Source: an uncultured virus (IMG/VR IMGVR_UViG_3300001605_000013)
Lineage: Duplodnaviria; Heunggongvirae; Uroviricota; Caudoviricetes
Length of the DNA: 64,000 nucleotides
IMG/VR virus record: IMGVR_UViG_3300001605_000013
Span: 1 to 64,000 of that record
Strand: one strand, 5' to 3'
The notes beneath the pieces were generated by a model. It was given only the letters and a program-made list of their open reading frames with translations. It made no database searches and was not told the origin of the DNA. Below, piece after piece: positions 1 to 9,618 of this stretch (its first letter is position 1; every line of letters starts with the position of its first letter). A program made the position numbers and the translations under genes.

Positions 1-317
1 TTATTTTTCTTTTTATATTTTTGATTATACTTTTTTCTTTTTTCTGGGTTTCTTTTTTGCCAATTTACGACAGCTTTAACTTCGCACTCCTTACAACACG
101 ATCTAATACTATCTGACCTATTTTTATCTAATCCAAAACAAATAATATCTAAAACATTTTTACACATTGGACAATATTTTTTTTTATCTCTATCAAAATT
201 TTCTGGCTTAGAAATAAATGGGCTCCCATTTCTTTTTATTCTTTGATAATGTTTTGAGCAAAGATTCTTGCAATATTTTTTATTTTCGCATTCTTCTATT
301 TGGCAAGATTCGCTCAT
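1..317 (-). CDS. Putative homing endonuclease (Cys-rich, HNH/Endo VII-like N-terminus), truncated by window edge
   Basis: Not in ORF track; manual translation from ATG at 317: MSESCQIEECENKKYCKNLCSKHYQRIKRNGSP...YCPMCK...SCCKECEVK; open to position 1; TGATATAAT 6 nt upstream. Catalytic part not visible. Confidence 0.6.
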   Translation of the reverse strand, partial: MSESCQIEECENKKYCKNLCSKHYQRIKRNGSPFISKPENFDRDKKKYCPMCKNVLDIICFGLDKNRSDSIRSCCKECEVKAVVNWQKRNPEKRKKYNQKYKKKN

Positions 318-332
318 TTGATAATTATATCA

Positions 333-1076
333 TCAAATCCTATATTCATTCCAGGCTCTTACTGTGTTGGGGTAGTGTTGATGTACTATGAGTGATATTG
401 CCTTGGCATATTCTTGTATTTCATATTGGGCATCACTTTTGTCGCGGAGACTTAAGAAATTTAAGAGACCATTAAGTGATACCGTCCATCGCCAGCGAAC
501 ATACATGGCATATGCGGGAAGGAGAAGTCGTGCTTGTTCTGGAGCTACCCCATCACGGAGAGCTTCTTCATAATCGCGGATTCCACGCTCTACAGAGGCC
601 CGTAATCTTTGGAGACACTTTGCACCAACATCTGCAGGTACGGCCTCCCCAGACCCTTGTTTTTTGTCTTGAGGGGCACTACGCCACTGGTCAACGAAAG
701 GAATGTAGAACTCTTCTTTTTCTGTGATATATCTACGGCTAGATTCATTCCACCCATCTTGATCATCAATTGCAGCAGATCCAATATGGTGCTTCCACCA
801 TTGTCGTGCTACCATCAGTGGAGCATAAACTTCAAAGGACATTACACAATGTCTTAAGGTAGAATCATGTTTATGTTTTACTAGAAAGTCAATTAGTTTA
901 ATATCATTACCAGAGAGATTGGAAACTTCTTTATTAAAACTAACTCTTGCAGAATTTACAATATCAATATCAGAACCCATATTATTAACTAGTTTTATAT
1001 AACCATGATCTAAAACAGAAATCAACTTAAACCCTTTTCTAATAGTCCCATCCCCTTCGGGGATCAGTATTTTCAA
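333..1076 (-). CDS. thyX: Flavin-dependent thymidylate synthase ThyX
   Basis: VLDHGYIKL, IVNSARVSF, ARQWWKH...WNESSRRY, APEQARLLLP, LR...AQYEIQEYA. True start may be ATG at 1095 with an indel. Confidence 0.95.
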   Translation of the reverse strand: MKILIPEGDGTIRKGFKLISVLDHGYIKLVNNMGSDIDIVNSARVSFNKEVSNLSGNDIKLIDFLVKHKHDSTLRHCVMSFEVYAPLMVARQWWKHHIGSAAIDDQDGWNESSRRYITEKEEFYIPFVDQWRSAPQDKKQGSGEAVPADVGAKCLQRLRASVERGIRDYEEALRDGVAPEQARLLLPAYAMYVRWRWTVSLNGLLNFLSLRDKSDAQYEIQEYAKAISLIVHQHYPNTVRAWNEYRI

Positions 1077-1121
1077 GAAGACAGACTTCTATCATTCTCT
1101 CTCTTTTATATATTAAAGAAA

Positions 1122-1149
1122 AGTGTACACCATAAAAAATACTTGTCAA
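1122..1149 (-). promoter_or_regulatory. Sigma-70-type promoter for thyX
   Basis: Minus strand TTGACA (1149-1144), 16 nt, TACACT (1127-1122); divergent from TGCTATAAT at 1219-1227. Confidence 0.55.
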
Positions 1150-1257
1150 GTCGATACATCAAATATTACAAAAATTGTTATAAACCTGTTATTTACACAT
1201 TGGTAATAAATTAAATAATGCTATAATTAAAATATCAAATTAGGAGATTTTTGATGC

Positions 1258-1602
1258 ATGACACCTGGAAAATATAACATGATTTGCCCTCAAGGGGCTA
1301 CCTTTTCTAAAAGACTTACTTGGTCTATTGATGATGTACCAGTAAATTTAACTGGATATACCGCAAGAATGCAAGCAAAAGATAAAATAGGAAGTACATG
1401 TGCTCCAGTTGTTGATATAACTACAGAAAACGGGGGGATCTCCTTGGACGATGAAGGAAATATTGATTTACTAATTTCTGCATCAGACACAACAAACATA
1501 TATGCAAAAGATTATGTTTATGATCTTGAACTAATTGCAGGATCAACAGTTTATAGAGTTGTTCAAGGTAAATTTATAGTTACTCCAGAGGTGACAAAGT
1601 AA
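1258..1602 (+). CDS. Putative virion structural protein (BppU-N/Ig-like adaptor)
   Basis: QGATF...VNLTGYTARMQ...YVYDLEL...QGKFIVTPEVT pattern; heads the fibre cluster; resembles 6297..6650. Confidence 0.6.
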   Translation: MTPGKYNMICPQGATFSKRLTWSIDDVPVNLTGYTARMQAKDKIGSTCAPVVDITTENGGISLDDEGNIDLLISASDTTNIYAKDYVYDLELIAGSTVYRVVQGKFIVTPEVTK

Positions 1603-1928
1603 TGTCAAATGTAAAAATTGAGATAGTTGATACATCCAATAACATATCTATCGAGGAAACACCATTTGTTGTTGAGCTTGGAACATCTGGTCCACAAGGT
1701 CCTCAAGGAATTCCTGGAAGCGATGCTTCTCAAACCCTAGCATATGTTTTTAATCAAGCAAACCCACAGACGACCTGGAACATTGTTCATGGTCTTAGTT
1801 TTGTCCCAAACATTACAGTAGTGGACAGTGCTGGAACAGTAGTTGAAGGAGATTACTCCTACCCCAATGAAAATACAGTCATAGCGACCTTCATAGGGGC
1901 ATTTGCTGGAAAGGCTTATCTATCATGA
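1602..1928 (+). CDS. Small virion protein with short collagen-like segment
   Basis: GPQGPQGIPG; WNIVHGLSFVPNITVVD; TAATG coupling. Confidence 0.6.
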   Translation: MSNVKIEIVDTSNNISIEETPFVVELGTSGPQGPQGIPGSDASQTLAYVFNQANPQTTWNIVHGLSFVPNITVVDSAGTVVEGDYSYPNENTVIATFIGAFAGKAYLS

Positions 1929-1943
1929 AAGGAGAGATAAAAA

Positions 1944-4185
1944 ATGGCTAGAAAATTTTTAACTAGCATTGACCTCAACCTATCAGAGTTGCAGAACGCG
2001 GTTGTACAAAATCTAGCGGCTGATCCAACTACTGGCAATACTGATGGTCGAATTTATTACAACACAGCAGCAGACGAGCTTAGAGTCTATGCTGATGGTT
2101 CCTGGGAAGCAATTGGATCAGGAGACATTAATAGCGTTGTCGGAACAGAAAACGAAGTAACTGTTGTAGTTTCTGACGGCACTGCAACAATCAGTCTCCC
2201 TGAAACAATTAATGCAAATACAACAGGAAGTGCTGCATCGCTCACAACAGCAAGAACAATTTCGCTTGGAGGAGATCTTTCAGGGTCTGCCTCCTTTGAC
2301 GGTACTCAAAACATTACAATTAACGCCACCGTTGATTCTGAATCAGCAGTAGACTCATTAGTAAACTCTGATGGAAACCTTGTTCTTTCTGCATCAGTAG
2401 GAGCAGTAACAGTTGATCTTGCATCATCAATTACCGCAGACGTAACTGGAGATTTAACTGGTAATGCTGATACAGCAACTGCATTGGAAACAGCAAGAAC
2501 CATTTCTTTGGGAGGTGACCTAAGCGGTTCAGCCTCATTTGATGGTTCTGCAAGCATTACAATTACAGCAGAAATTCAGCCAGATAGTGTTGCTTTAGGA
2601 ACCGATACAACTGGAAGTTATGTTGAATCTGTTTCTGCAAGTGATGGTATTTCAGCAACTGGCACAGGAGAAGGTGCTTCTGTAAGTCTAACTAACACAG
2701 ACAAAGGTTCTTCACAAAATATCTTCAAAACAGTTTTAGGTGATTCTGGATCTATTACAGCAGGAAGCAACAGTGCTTCTGCAACAGTTGCTGGAGGAAC
2801 GGGAATTACAACTTCAGCAAGTGCAGGAACGGTAACCATTGACAATGATGGAGTTCTATCTGTTTCAGGAACTGCAAATCAAATTTCTGCTAGTACAGTA
2901 GATGGAGATGTAACCTTATCCCTTCCAAGTTCCGTCATTTTTCCAGGAACCGTTACCTTAAATGCTGATCCTACACAAGCATTAGAGGCTGCAACAAAGC
3001 AGTATGTTGATGAGGTAGCAGAGGGACTCAAAGTTAAACCTGCTGTAGAAATTGCAACAACAGCAAATCTAGTCGCAACCTATAGCAATGGAACATCAGG
3101 AGTAGGGTCAACTCTTACTGGAACATCAAACGGAGCATTCCCAGAAATTGATGGTGTAACTCTTACATCAATCACTCCAGGCTCAAATGGCGTTCTTGTT
3201 AAGAATCAGTCAAATCCAGCTCACAATGGACGTTACAACCTAACTCAGGTTGGCGATGGATCATCTCCATGGATTCTTACTCGCTGTGGTTTATGTGATC
3301 AATCAAGTGAAATTCCTGGTATGTATGTTTTTGTTAAGGATAGGTACAGCAGGAGAAGGAACTGGTTGGGTTGCAGTAGTAGATGATCCAGCAACATTTG
3401 TGATCGGAACAGACGATATTGATTTTATTCAGTTCTCTGGTGCTGGAACCTATACTGCTGGAAACGGTTTAACCCTCAGCGGTACTCAATTTAGTATCAA
3501 TACAGGCGTAACGGTAGATATATCAACTGCTCAAACATTAACAAACAAAACTCTTACAAGCCCAGTCGTTTCTGGACTATATTTGTCAGATAATGAAATT
3601 GTTATTGAGGGAGATCCAGATACAAATGAAACAAGGCTGGTCTTTACAAATCCAACTGCCGACAGAACTATTACATTTAAGGATGAAACAGGAACAGTAG
3701 CTTTTACTTCTGATATTCCTTCCACAACAGATGATTTAACAGAAGGAAGCACAAACCTCTACTTTACTAATGAAAGAGCAGAGGATGCTGTTGGAGCAAT
3801 TCTTACAGACACTGCTACCGTTGATTTTACATACAATGATAACGGAGCAAGTGCGGGAACAATTGAAGCAGCTGTAATTCTTCAAGGAACAAATAGCTAC
3901 CTTACATCCGCAAGTGGGCTTGCAGTAGATGTTCCTACACTAGAAGCTAAATTAGTAACAGATTCTTTTACAAAGAAAACATCTGCTAGCGTAGGAAATG
4001 GAACAAATACATCATTTGCTGTAAATCATAACTTGGGAACAGAAGATGTAATTGTTCAAGTTTTTGATAATGCAACACATGNTACAGTTGAAGTTGATGT
4101 TGTAAGAACAAATACAAATACTGTAACGGTTTCATTCTCAACTGCACCTGCAGAAGATGCATACCGCGTAGTAGTAATTGGATAA
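1944..4185 (+). CDS. Long tail fibre-like protein (split by probable indel near 3340)
   Basis: ORFs 1944..3386 and 3250..4185 join as FVKD-GTAGEGTGW if one A is removed; Thr/Ser/Gly-rich; TARTISLGGDLSGSASFDG twice; AATKQYVD. Confidence 0.75.
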
Positions 4186-4196
4186 TTTTGATTTGT

Positions 4197-4228
4197 TGGG
4201 GGTAGGGAATATCATAACTCTACCCCCA
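4197..4228 (+). terminator. GC-rich hairpin, putative terminator
   Basis: TGGGGGTAGGG / CTCTACCCCCA, 11 bp with one G-U; no U-tract. Confidence 0.55.
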
Positions 4229-4253
4229 CTAATCAGAAAGGTATAATGTAAAT

Positions 4254-4748
4254 ATGGCAAAAAGATTTCTTAGTGTTTTAAAACTTGTAAATTTGACCTC
4301 AAATCCAGAGGAAGCATCTAACGGTGATGTTTACTATGACTCTTCATCTAATAGGTCTAAATTTTATCAAGATGGGTCTTGGAAAAGCCTTCCTGAAGAT
4401 CTTGAAGACCTTTCTAATGTTAGTTCTTCAGCATCCAATGGTCAAGTTCTTACATATAACGGAACCTCCTCTCAGTGGGAAGGACAAAGTTCCCCTCCTG
4501 CTGCAACTGCCACAGGATCATCATTTCCATTAAACCCATCAGTAGGAGAATTTTTCTATAACACAGAAACAGAAAAACTTTACTTTTTTGTAAATGTTTG
4601 GAACGAAATTTCCTTTACATCTATAAGTTTAGATGGAGGGACTTCCTCCACTACAGAGTTTGATGGAATATTTGATGGAGGAAATTCAGAAACAACAGTG
4701 TTTTCCGATGGAACGTATGATTCAGGAAATTCATCTACGACATACTAA
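4254..4748 (+). CDS. Tail fibre-associated protein
   Basis: GDVYYDSS, LEDLSNV, NGQVLTYNGTSSQWE, GEFFYNT, DGG repeats; N-terminus resembles that of 1944. Confidence 0.6.
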   Translation: MAKRFLSVLKLVNLTSNPEEASNGDVYYDSSSNRSKFYQDGSWKSLPEDLEDLSNVSSSASNGQVLTYNGTSSQWEGQSSPPAATATGSSFPLNPSVGEFFYNTETEKLYFFVNVWNEISFTSISLDGGTSSTTEFDGIFDGGNSETTVFSDGTYDSGNSSTTY

Positions 4749-4784
4749 CATCATGATATAATTTAAAATAGGAGATATTAAAAT

Positions 4785-6245
4785 ATGGCAAGCAAAATTC
4801 AAGTAAGAAGAGATACGTTATCTAACTGGAATGCTAATAATCCAGTGCTGTCCTCTGGAGAAATTGCTTTTGTTTCAGATGAAAATAAATTTAAGGTTGG
4901 AAATGGATCTCTTGCTTTTAGTAATCTTCCATATCTTCAGGCAGATGCCTATATTGATTCAGTGGTCCTTGGGACAGACACTACTGGAAACTATGTTGCA
5001 ACTGTCACAGGAACTGCAAATCAAATATCAGTATCTGGATCTGGTTCAGAAAATTCTGCCGTCACTTTAAGCCTACCTTCAACAATTAACGTAAACACCT
5101 CTGGAAATGCTGCTACATCAACAAAACTTGCCACTGCCAGAGCAATCACCCTGACAGGTGATGTAACAGGAACAGCAAACTTTGATGGCTCTGCAAGTGC
5201 AGGAATTGCAGCAACACTTGCAAATTCTGGGGTATCCGCAGGAACGTATCGATCATTAACAGTTAATGAAAAAGGATTAGTAACTGGGGGTACAAATCCA
5301 ACAACACTATCTGGATACGGAATTACTGATGCTCTTTCTAATAGTTCAACCTCAACACAAAGCGGTTATTTTGGAAACATATTTCTATATGATGATTCAA
5401 CTCCGTCACACTATCTTGGAATAACAAATAGTGCAAATCTTACTGCTGCAAGAACACTAAGCCTAAATGTCAATAATGCAGACAGATCCGTATCTCTTTC
5501 TGGAGACCTTACTGTTTCATCTGCTGCAACAGTCTCTGGTACAAATACTGGAGATCAAACAATAACCCTAACTGGTGATGTTACAGGAACAGGAACTGGA
5601 TCTTTTGCTACTACTCTTGCAAATACCGCCGTTACTCCAGGATCATATGGTTCTGCAAGTGCAGTTCCAACCTTTACCGTAGATTCAAATGGTAGGCTGA
5701 CAGCAGCATCAAATACTACAATAGCAATTGCACAATCAGCAGTAACAAATCTTACTACTGACCTTTCTGCAAAAGCACCCCTCATTTCCCCAACATTTAC
5801 TACCCCCAATATTGGTGTGGCAACTGGAACTTCATTTAATAGCATTACGGGGCTAAGTTCTACTAACCCAACCATGAATGGATCGGTAGCGGTAGGTACA
5901 GGAACCACTGTTGCCAGAGCAGACCATGTTCATCCAGTGGACACTTCTAGAGCACCACTTGCCTCTCCTACTTTTACAGGAACCGTAACTGCTCCAACAA
6001 TTCTTATTACTACAGCAGATACTGCAACTACCGCAAGTCATTATGTGGTAGAAACAGCATCTGATGGAATTATAAGACCAAAAACTCTTGCAAATGTTAG
6101 AACAGAAATTGTAACTAATACTATTATGCAGTCAAGCGTTTTATCTCCTACAGCAGCAGGATCAAATGGAATTAGGAAGACAACAATGTCTACAGCAACT
6201 CCTACAGGAGGGGAAGATGGAGATGTTTGGCTACAGTATGCGTAA
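4785..6245 (+). CDS. Tail fibre protein with Mtd-N-like N-terminal domain
   Basis: IQVRRDT..NW...NPVL..GEI......KFKVGNG...F..LPY; fibre repeats (NPTTLSGYGITDA, ARADHVHP, APLASPTFTGT); ends GGEDGDVWLQYA. Confidence 0.8.
   Translation: MASKIQVRRDTLSNWNANNPVLSSGEIAFVSDENKFKVGNGSLAFSNLPYLQADAYIDSVVLGTDTTGNYVATVTGTANQISVSGSGSENSAVTLSLPSTINVNTSGNAATSTKLATARAITLTGDVTGTANFDGSASAGIAATLANSGVSAGTYRSLTVNEKGLVTGGTNPTTLSGYGITDALSNSSTSTQSGYFGNIFLYDDSTPSHYLGITNSANLTAARTLSLNVNNADRSVSLSGDLTVSSAATVSGTNTGDQTITLTGDVTGTGTGSFATTLANTAVTPGSYGSASAVPTFTVDSNGRLTAASNTTIAIAQSAVTNLTTDLSAKAPLISPTFTTPNIGVATGTSFNSITGLSSTNPTMNGSVAVGTGTTVARADHVHPVDTSRAPLASPTFTGTVTAPTILITTADTATTASHYVVETASDGIIRPKTLANVRTEIVTNTIMQSSVLSPTAAGSNGIRKTTMSTATPTGGEDGDVWLQYA
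6180..6241 (+). repeat. 62-nt direct repeat, copy 1 (copy 2 at 9439-9500)
   Basis: 61/62 identical; single mismatch 6214 A vs 9473 C. Confidence 0.95.
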
Positions 6246-6296
6246 TTTAGTTATTAAGTAGTTTATAAATACACAATCTAGTGATATAATAAAACC

Positions 6297-6650
6297 ATGT
6301 CCTTTCCAGCAACATATAACATAAGGTATTACAAAGGTGATCTTTATCAATTTGTAATCCGTCCAAAAACATCAGCAGGGGACATCTACCCCATTGATGA
6401 TGCAACTTATTTTTCATATTTTAGAATATCCACATCTAGAGATGGTTTAGCAGCAAATACAGAAGAGGCAAGCACATCAATTTCTGACAATGCTGTTACT
6501 TGTGAAATCAGGCCAGACATAGGAAACAGCTTATCACCAGGAACAACATATTTTTATGATGTTTCTATTCAAGATAAAGAAAACTCAAACATTATCTACA
6601 CTCTTCTTACTGGAAATATAACTGTAACAGGAGACATTACAACACCATGA
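6297..6650 (+). CDS. Putative virion structural protein (similar to 1258..1602)
   Basis: YNIRYYKGD...YFYDVSI...TLLTGNITVTGDIT; leaderless arrangement. Confidence 0.6.
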   Translation: MSFPATYNIRYYKGDLYQFVIRPKTSAGDIYPIDDATYFSYFRISTSRDGLAANTEEASTSISDNAVTCEIRPDIGNSLSPGTTYFYDVSIQDKENSNIIYTLLTGNITVTGDITTP

Positions 6651-7234
6651 CAACAATATTTGATGTTGTAGTAAATACAGATGATTTAGTCGTTTTAGCT
6701 CCCCCCTCACAAATAGATGTGGGAATTGACTTTGGACCACAGGGACAAAGAGGAGCAACGTTTTATGCAGGATCTGGAAATCCTAATGATTCTACGGTAT
6801 CTGAAAACGTATTTGGTGATGTAGTTATTCCAGTAGATGGAGATCTATATATAAATATTGCTGGTGGTGCAAATTATGGGTGGCTCTTTATTTATAATCC
6901 TAAAGTTGTTGGAAATGATTGGGATGCAGTTTTAAGATTAAATCCTCCAATTTATTCTAGGAATATTGAAAAAATTTTTACAAGTGGTTTAACTACAATA
7001 TCAGTTCCAATTGCAGATATTGTTCCACCAGGAGTTGTAGTTTCTGGACCATATTCTTATGTTGTTAACTTAACTCCAATAAGTTCTGACCCAACTGTAC
7101 TTACGATAAACTCTCAAACAATTTCTGGATCAAATATTAATATTATTGTGGAAGGAATTAAATATTCTGGCGGTAGTTGGTCTGCTCTAGATTCTGAAAC
7201 AATCAATATAGCAACCACTATTACAGTGGTATAA
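6647..7234 (+). CDS. Putative tail/fibre structural protein
   Basis: GPQGQRG then GSGNP...DGDLYIN; ATGA overlap. Confidence 0.55.
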   Translation: MTTIFDVVVNTDDLVVLAPPSQIDVGIDFGPQGQRGATFYAGSGNPNDSTVSENVFGDVVIPVDGDLYINIAGGANYGWLFIYNPKVVGNDWDAVLRLNPPIYSRNIEKIFTSGLTTISVPIADIVPPGVVVSGPYSYVVNLTPISSDPTVLTINSQTISGSNINIIVEGIKYSGGSWSALDSETINIATTITVV

Positions 7235-7251
7235 TCATAATAGGTGATTTT

Positions 7252-8028
7252 ATGTCTCAGCCAGTAGGAAGCGTATATAAAAGTAGAATTCCATCATTTT
7301 CTGATGATGCATCTATTGTTGAGGCATTAAAGGTTTATCATTATGGGGTAGATGATTGGACAACTCAGCCAATTCCAAATGATAGTATTGAGGGAAACTT
7401 TAGAACAATTAGCACATCTCTCGCTAATATTCAGAGCCAACTTTCTTCTTTAAACTATGTTCAGTTAATTTCACAAGACTCATCTCCAAACGTTGTAACA
7501 GGTCAGTCTACAACTATNACTCCAATAACTTTAAGGGCTATAGCGTNACAAACCTCTCCACTTTTAAGTTTTCAAAATAGTTCTTCTGTGAGCGTAGGAT
7601 CTATATCNACAGGAGGATTTTTAAATATTCANGGTTACGCAACAATAGGATCAACAAATCAATCAACCACTACTGGAGTAAANGTAGTTATATCAAACTC
7701 ATCTCATAAAGGAATTGTAGTAAATGCTCCAGTAGGTCAATCAGCAAACATACAGGAGTGGCTTGTAAATGGATCAATTGTTTCTAGAGTAAGTTCTTTA
7801 GGAGTCCTATTTTCTCAAAATATTCAAGTTTCTACACTTAGTGGTACAGAGACACTTACAAATAAAACTATAACTTCACCAACTATAACTGGAGGAACTA
7901 TAACTACAAACTCACTAGCTCTATCTGTCCCACAAACACTAGAATCCTTTAGAGCAAGAAATATATATGTATCAAACCTACCGCCATCTGGTGGGAATGA
8001 TGGAGATCTGTGGACTCAATACGAATAA
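7252..8028 (+). CDS. Tail fibre-like protein
   Basis: TETLTNKTITSPTI; ends RNIYVSNLPPSGGNDGDLWTQYE; contains N bases. Confidence 0.65.
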   Translation: MSQPVGSVYKSRIPSFSDDASIVEALKVYHYGVDDWTTQPIPNDSIEGNFRTISTSLANIQSQLSSLNYVQLISQDSSPNVVTGQSTTXTPITLRAIAXQTSPLLSFQNSSSVSVGSIXTGGFLNIXGYATIGSTNQSTTTGVXVVISNSSHKGIVVNAPVGQSANIQEWLVNGSIVSRVSSLGVLFSQNIQVSTLSGTETLTNKTITSPTITGGTITTNSLALSVPQTLESFRARNIYVSNLPPSGGNDGDLWTQYE

Positions 8029-8052
8029 TTTATGTAATGATATAATAAAATC

Positions 8053-9504
8053 ATGTCTAGTGGACTAACAACAAACTATAACCTTCCATATCCAATATCT
8101 ACAGACCCTGTAAATGTTGCTGGAGATATAGAGCAATTAGCAAATAAAGTTGATTTTGACTTAAAAGAGATTATTGAAGATACCTCGTCAATAATGTGGA
8201 TAACAGGTGGAACCTTTAGCAATGGTCTTCAGGCTCCAACATATGATGACTCTACTGGAAAGATGAGTATGTCATTGAGTCAAGATATTAAAACAACGGC
8301 TAGCCCAACTTTTACAGGAATAAGTTTAGTTGGTGGTGATCTATATCTTGGACCATCCAGAACGATAATTTTTGATGGTTCAGCAGATGATACCTTTGAA
8401 ACAACACTTAGTGTAGTAAATCCAACGGCAGATAGAACAATTACTTTTCAAAATGCTACTGGAACAGTTGCCCACACAAATGAGTCCACACTCGCCTCTT
8501 TAGTAAATATTTCTTCTGCTACTGGAGCAATTACTATTCAGCTAGGGTATGGTGCCACAACAAATGGAACAACAAAGACTTTAAATATTGGTGGAAATGG
8601 GGTAAGTGGATCTACAACTAACATAAATGTTGGCTCCTCCGTTTCTGGAGCACTAGGAACATTTAGGGTTAATTCTCCAACAGTATCCATTCCAAGCACA
8701 GCAATATCTCTAGGAACAGTTATTTCTGGAGTGTGGAGCGGAAGCCCAATAACAGCAGATGAAGGTGGAACTGGACTTACCTCCTACACTGTTGGGGATA
8801 TCGTTTATGCATCTGGTGCAACTACCTTGGCAAAATTAGCAGGGGTAGCCACAGGAAATGCATTAGTATCTGGTGGAGTTGGCGTAGCGCCATCATGGGG
8901 AAAGATAGGGCTTACAACACATGTTTCAGGAACTCTTCCTGTAGCCAATGGAGGAACTGGTGTAACAACTTCTACAGGAACTGGAAATGTTGTTCTTTCT
9001 GCTTCACCAACACTTACTGGAATACCAACAGCACCAACAGCAGTGTCAGGAACAAATACAACTCAGTTGGCAACTACTGCATTTGTTCAAACGGCAGTTT
9101 CAGCACTTGGAGGTCTTCCAAGCCAAACTGGAAATTCTGGTAAATACCTAACTACCAATGGTACAGTTGCTTCTTGGGGAAGCATTGATCTTTCTGGATA
9201 TGCAACGCTTTCTGGATCATATTTTACTGGAGCCGTTGAGGTTCAATCTCCAGGGACAGGAACTACTGGTGGCTTACGGGTTCGTGCAGACTCTACTGGT
9301 AAATCATATATACAATTTACTGATAATACAGCAACAACAGAATTTTCACATATCCTTGCAACCTCTGGAAATATTTCATTTAGTACCATAGTCAATGTTA
9401 TTTCACCAACAGCAGCAGGGTCAAAGGGTGTTCGTGAAACAACAATGTCTACAGCAACTCCTACAGGAGGGGCAGATGGAGATGTTTGGCTACAGTATGC
9501 ATGA
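8053..9504 (+). CDS. Tail fibre protein
   Basis: TTNYNLPYP, NPTADRTITF, LPVANGGTG, TAPTA..GTNTTQLATTAFV, LPSQTGNSGKYLTTNG; ends GGADGDVWLQYA. Confidence 0.8.
   Translation: MSSGLTTNYNLPYPISTDPVNVAGDIEQLANKVDFDLKEIIEDTSSIMWITGGTFSNGLQAPTYDDSTGKMSMSLSQDIKTTASPTFTGISLVGGDLYLGPSRTIIFDGSADDTFETTLSVVNPTADRTITFQNATGTVAHTNESTLASLVNISSATGAITIQLGYGATTNGTTKTLNIGGNGVSGSTTNINVGSSVSGALGTFRVNSPTVSIPSTAISLGTVISGVWSGSPITADEGGTGLTSYTVGDIVYASGATTLAKLAGVATGNALVSGGVGVAPSWGKIGLTTHVSGTLPVANGGTGVTTSTGTGNVVLSASPTLTGIPTAPTAVSGTNTTQLATTAFVQTAVSALGGLPSQTGNSGKYLTTNGTVASWGSIDLSGYATLSGSYFTGAVEVQSPGTGTTGGLRVRADSTGKSYIQFTDNTATTEFSHILATSGNISFSTIVNVISPTAAGSKGVRETTMSTATPTGGADGDVWLQYA
9439..9500 (+). repeat. 62-nt direct repeat, copy 2
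   Basis: Matches 6180-6241 with one mismatch. Confidence 0.95.
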
Positions 9505-9531
9505 TATAATTTATACGAAGGAAGATAGATT

Positions 9532-9618
9532 ATGAAAACCAAAGATATTAAAGACTATATAATAACAATAAAACTTATTGACGTAGGTATTTGTAATTTT
9601 GGGTTGGTGAATACATAA
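9532..9618 (+). CDS. 28-aa micro-ORF coupled to the Gly-rich gene
   Basis: MKTKDIKDYIITIKLIDVGICNFGLVNT; GAAGGAAG upstream; TAA overlaps ATG at 9618. Confidence 0.4.
   Translation: MKTKDIKDYIITIKLIDVGICNFGLVNT

Noticed and set aside
4785..9500. Diversity-generating retroelement (Mtd-N-like fibre plus 3' repeat pair)
   Set aside because: No reverse transcriptase in the window, both copies are coding, and there is only one mismatch rather than multiple adenine-specific differences.
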